NCBI GenBank assembly: GCA_021372295.1
Contig: JAJFUS010000027.1
Span: 8,378-72,377 of the forward strand
Reading direction: 5' to 3'
Source of the DNA: a bacterium
GTDB lineage: Bacteria > Armatimonadota > UBA5829
Length of the DNA: 64,000 bases
Shown: positions 60,591-64,000 of the stretch, piece after piece
Position numbering within the stretch: the first letter of the stretch is position 1
How the letters are laid out: each line of letters starts with the position of its first letter
Notes under the pieces: model-generated
Told to the model about the DNA's origin: nothing
Database searches by the model: none
The model's input: only the letters and a program-made list of their open reading frames with translations
Program-made: the position numbers and the translations under genes

Positions 60591-62486
60591 TCAGTCAAGT
60601 ATGGCTGTCCCGAATCTGTCGGGATTGTGAAAACCGCCATACAGAACCGCCCACGTAAGATATTCCATGCTGCCGGAAGTCGTTCTGTTGCGTGTGAGGT
60701 TCAGCGCCATTTTCGTGCCGTGAGCAGGAGTAGATATGCCGAATATGGAGAACGGAATCGCCATCTCGACGGTATATCCGGCGGAGTTAGTCTGAGCGGC
60801 TGAGAGCCATTCACCGTTCCAATTTGTGTCGAAGACTTTCTGGTCGAACCTTGTGCCAAGCGTGTTTGTCGACAGATGATAGTAGGCGCGGCGCATATCG
60901 GCCGGGTCGATGAAAACTTCCACCGAGTCGTCGTAAAACGTCGGGCCGTCGCGCTTGGTGACAGTCGCCTTCAGCTTGTCCATGTTCGGTTCGACTGCCT
61001 GGAACGCCACATAAAGATTGTCATCGTCATAGGTGAGCAGGGCGGTGGTCTCGACGGAGGCGGGCGCGCCGTCGTTTGTATAGGCGAGCGCGACTTTTGC
61101 AGCGGACTGCCAAGCCGAATCATTGAGATCGCCGTCGACGTTTACAGGAGAGGCTGTCTTCGGTATGTCGACTGTCGGCAGCGGGATGATATTTTCAGGA
61201 ATATCCAGAGGCGGATCGGTCGGCGCGACATACCCGATGCTGCCGGACTGATAAGCGGCATAGTCCGCAAGCGCAGTCGACCGGGCGGCAAAATAAGCTT
61301 GAGACGCGGCGTCCGTTGATTTCTCGGCGCAATTGCAAAGCAGAGCACTCTTGCACGCGGGGTCTCTGAACGGCAGCAGGGCGGGCGAGGAGTATGGTTC
61401 GCACTTGAGCATCAAGGCCAGAGGATCGCTATAATATGCCGACGCAAACAACGCCTGCCCGCCGGCGTCAAGCTCGCGAGCGATGCCGATTTGGGCGATA
61501 GTCTGGTCGGGCTTATTCTTTTGCATGTGCAGCCCAATGCCGGGGACGATTATAGTCTTGTGCCCGACCGCCTGCAACTGATTCGTCACCAGTTGGGTGA
61601 ATGTGGCGTCGTTGGAAGTGTAGGCCATAGGGGTCAGGAAATCGACCCACTTGTTATCGACCCAGTTCGGCCAGTTTTGCAACAGATTGAGCCGTGCGGT
61701 AGTCGGGTCTGAGCCGACCGCTGCCGAAATCTTTAAGTTGGGCTTGATGGCGCGAGTCTGCGCGGAGATTCTCTGTACAAACGAGTTCACCAGACGTTCT
61801 CTGAACTTGTTCCAGAGAATTTGATTGATCGAGAGGCGCTGAATGTCTATCGGGTCGATGCCGTATTGTTGTTTGAACGCGCATCGCGAGGTCTGGTCGT
61901 AACCATAGGGTATCGGCGATTGAACTTCATAGCGTATATAATCCAGATGCAGGCCGTCTACATCATATTTTGAGACCAGTTCGGCGAAAAGGCACGCGAG
62001 GAAGTCTCGCGCCTCGGGTATTGCGGGGCTGATCCACAGTCCTCCGTTTGCCGAAAGGTCTTCGCCATATTTGCCCAGCATTACCCAGTCGGGGTGGGCG
62101 GTGAGTATTGCGCCGCGGTCTTTTGTGTATCCCGCTCGAAAGACCCACACCCACGGATGGACTTCCATCCCCAGCTTGTGAGCTTCATCAATCATCGGAG
62201 GCAGCGGGTCGACGGCTCCTGTAAAGCGCGGGTCGCGTGCGAGGAGCCTGGTAGGATACGCCGCGTACCCTCGAGCTATCACTTCCGGGAAAAGCACGTT
62301 GATATTTGCGTTATGATACGACCGTACCAGTTCGCGGATGGCTTTATCGGTCTTGGGAATGGCGTCGGCGTTGACCCATATCGCTCGAACTTCGACTATA
62401 GGATCGATGCGAGTATAGTCAATCGACTCCGCCGCCTGCGCGCTGCATGCCACCAGAGCTATTAGTGCGATCAGACACTTCAACAT
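60591..62486 (-). CDS. Lipoprotein with a glycosyl-hydrolase-like 10 (GHL10/YngK-type) domain and a C-terminal CBM9-like domain
   Basis: MLKCLIALIALVACS lipobox. GHL10 motifs: RAIWV...NVLFPEV...MEVHPWVWVF...GLHLDYIRY. C-terminal motifs: VDGDLNDSAW...DDSVEVFIDP...YYHL. GGAGG lies 7 nt upstream of the ATG at 62486. Confidence 0.75.
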   Translation of the reverse strand: MLKCLIALIALVACSAQAAESIDYTRIDPIVEVRAIWVNADAIPKTDKAIRELVRSYHNANINVLFPEVIARGYAAYPTRLLARDPRFTGAVDPLPPMIDEAHKLGMEVHPWVWVFRAGYTKDRGAILTAHPDWVMLGKYGEDLSANGGLWISPAIPEARDFLACLFAELVSKYDVDGLHLDYIRYEVQSPIPYGYDQTSRCAFKQQYGIDPIDIQRLSINQILWNKFRERLVNSFVQRISAQTRAIKPNLKISAAVGSDPTTARLNLLQNWPNWVDNKWVDFLTPMAYTSNDATFTQLVTNQLQAVGHKTIIVPGIGLHMQKNKPDQTIAQIGIARELDAGGQALFASAYYSDPLALMLKCEPYSSPALLPFRDPACKSALLCNCAEKSTDAASQAYFAARSTALADYAAYQSGSIGYVAPTDPPLDIPENIIPLPTVDIPKTASPVNVDGDLNDSAWQSAAKVALAYTNDGAPASVETTALLTYDDDNLYVAFQAVEPNMDKLKATVTKRDGPTFYDDSVEVFIDPADMRRAYYHLSTNTLGTRFDQKVFDTNWNGEWLSAAQTNSAGYTVEMAIPFSIFGISTPAHGTKMALNLTRNRTTSGSMEYLTWAVLYGGFHNPDRFGTAILD

Positions 62487-62555
62487 ATTCATACCTCCGC
62501 GCTTTGTGAAGAATATATCAGTAACGAGCAATGCGCGTCAAATGCGGAGGGTTTT

Positions 62556-62720
62556 GCTCTTGGATCCCGTCAGAAGCCGAGTGGCCCCTGGACCCCCGTT
62601 CCAGAGTTGAACGATCCCTTAAGGGATCGTTCAACTCTGAGTCAGAAGGTCAAGGAAACCTGGTTTCCTTGCAGAGTCCAGAGACAGGGTCTCTGGCAGG
62701 GTTTGGGGCAGAGCCCCAAA
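62556..62720 (-). repeat. Compound hairpin array 'Y', an inverted copy of array X that lacks its last two hairpins
   Basis: The reverse complement matches X at 82/83 nt over the first three hairpins and 38/41 nt in the block after the long palindrome. The central 36-nt palindrome is replaced by a different one (AGAGTTGAACGATCCCTTAAGGGATCGTTCAACTCT, 62603-62638). Confidence 0.85.
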
Positions 62721-62721
62721 T

Positions 62722-64000
62722 CTATTCACACGCGCCGCAAGCTTTGCAAGCACCCACATTGCATGGCGTGGTAATCTCTTCCTTAAGCGCCTTTTGATAC
62801 TCGTTCCAAAGGTATTCCTTCGTCAGATGATTATCTATATGATCCCATGGCAGCACCTCGTCGCGCTCGCGAGTTCTGTATAAATACTGCGCCGGATCGA
62901 TCCCAGATTCGCGCACGGCAGACGAGTAATCCCCGCCATTTTCGAGTGCGAGGCACAGTATTTCGCCCATCCGCCTGTCCCCGCGAGCAAGATAACTTTG
63001 GATTGTGGCCAGTCTGGGGCTTTCCCCACTGAAACTTGCGCCTTTGATCGACGATATCCCCGATCTCAACGCTGCATATCGCTTCTTTAATATATTCTCA
63101 CGCTCCATTGTATGCCACTGGAACGGCGTGCTTGGTTTGGGCACAAAACTGCTGGCCGAGACCTGGAAATTCGTCGTCGAAAACTCGGATGAAAGGCGTT
63201 TGACCAGGTCGATTATGGCGCTGATGTCAGTATCGATTTCGGTCGGCAGGCCGATCATGAAATAGAGCTTGATGCGATTGATCCCGGAAGCGCATGCGGC
63301 CGAAACCGCGCCGAAAATGTCCGTTTCCGATGCGTTTTTGTTTATTACGCGCCTCAAACGGTCGCTTCCGGCCTCTGGAGCGATCGTAAGTGTCCGTTGA
63401 CCGGCTTCGGCCATTAACGCGGTCAAATTGGACGAAACTGTCTCTAATCGGACGGAACTGGTCGAAAACTGTCCGCCGCGGTCCGTAATGAGACGGCAAA
63501 TTTCGGGCGCGTCGGGGTGGTCGAACACTGCTGCGCCGACCATGCCGACCCTGGGCGCATCGCATTCGTTAATTATGTCACGAATGCGTGGCGGGCGAGT
63601 AATATGACCCGCCACGCAGAATCTGCATTTCCTGCCACATCCTCGCGCAATCTCGACCAGCCTGATGTTCCCGAACTCGGCTTCGTCCGTCTGTATCAGT
63701 GATGATGCAGGATAAGCATCGAGATCAGATGTGACCTGCCGGACGATTTTACAGCCGTCTTCAAGATTATGGATGGCCGGAACGTAGATTCCGGGGATCT
63801 CGGCCATAGCTTGCAGAGAATCTTGGCGCGAGGCGCGCTGGGTACTCTCCAGAGCGTTTGCGAGGCTGGGCAGCACGCCTTCCGCGTCGCCGATTACGAA
63901 CGCATCTATGAAGTCGGATAAAGGCTCGGGGTTGAACGTGGCGCACGGGCCTCCGGCGATTATTATGGGGTCGAAATCGTCTCGATCTGATCGCCTTATG
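62722..64000 (-). CDS. B12-binding-domain radical SAM protein (TIGR03960-like), N-terminus outside the window
   Basis: ...IIIAGGPCATFNPEPL...EIARGCGRKCRFCVAGHITRP (CxxxCxxC). The C-terminus is ...CNVGACKACGACE. The frame is open to the window edge. Confidence 0.8.
   Translation of the reverse strand, partial: IRRSDRDDFDPIIIAGGPCATFNPEPLSDFIDAFVIGDAEGVLPSLANALESTQRASRQDSLQAMAEIPGIYVPAIHNLEDGCKIVRQVTSDLDAYPASSLIQTDEAEFGNIRLVEIARGCGRKCRFCVAGHITRPPRIRDIINECDAPRVGMVGAAVFDHPDAPEICRLITDRGGQFSTSSVRLETVSSNLTALMAEAGQRTLTIAPEAGSDRLRRVINKNASETDIFGAVSAACASGINRIKLYFMIGLPTEIDTDISAIIDLVKRLSSEFSTTNFQVSASSFVPKPSTPFQWHTMERENILKKRYAALRSGISSIKGASFSGESPRLATIQSYLARGDRRMGEILCLALENGGDYSSAVRESGIDPAQYLYRTRERDEVLPWDHIDNHLTKEYLWNEYQKALKEEITTPCNVGACKACGACE

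Overview
This is a 64-kb bacterial chromosomal segment. No phylum can be assigned from the sequence alone. All functions below come from reading motifs in the ORF translations, with no database search. The housekeeping backbone is serC, tkt, lexA, a DAHP synthase, trkA x2, metY-metX-metW, MacAB/Lol-like and Wzm/Wzt-like ABC exporters, and many secreted or carbohydrate-active proteins (GH4, GH36-like, GH20b-like, GH172/DUF2961, GHL10+CBM9). Four regions stand out. (1) Nt 3324-14189 is a ~10.7-kb integrated element in tRNA-Leu(GAG), bounded by two identical full-length 87-nt tRNA copies. It carries an integrase, an Xis-like HTH, a Toprim/P4-D5 primase-helicase, a TerS-like HTH protein and a tape-measure protein, but no recognisable capsid, portal, TerL or tail genes. 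It also has a 5-gene unknown cargo block and a repeated 15-mer at both ends. (2) Nt 20175-28622 is a 2815-aa lipoprotein-like giant made of six beta-helix modules alternating with six ~90-aa 'MRFSNDGSTWS' modules. (3) Nt 35504-42365 is an ArsR-gated same-strand cluster and my best candidate for an undescribed system. It holds a small CxxC thioredoxin, a ferredoxin, three to four tandem DGC-domain paralogs (one fused to a lipoylatable GcvH domain), two exported thioredoxins, an unannotated 51-aa Cys-rich membrane peptide, CcdA, a lipoate-protein ligase and OsmC. (4) Two ~165-200-bp arrays of short perfect hairpins at 54761-54963 and 62556-62720 sit in inverted orientation and bracket 7.6 kb. 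Solo hairpin copies occur elsewhere, one of them forming the 3' end of a CDS. No rRNA or CRISPR array was seen. Start codons were refined by eye using RBS and overlap logic and remain provisional.
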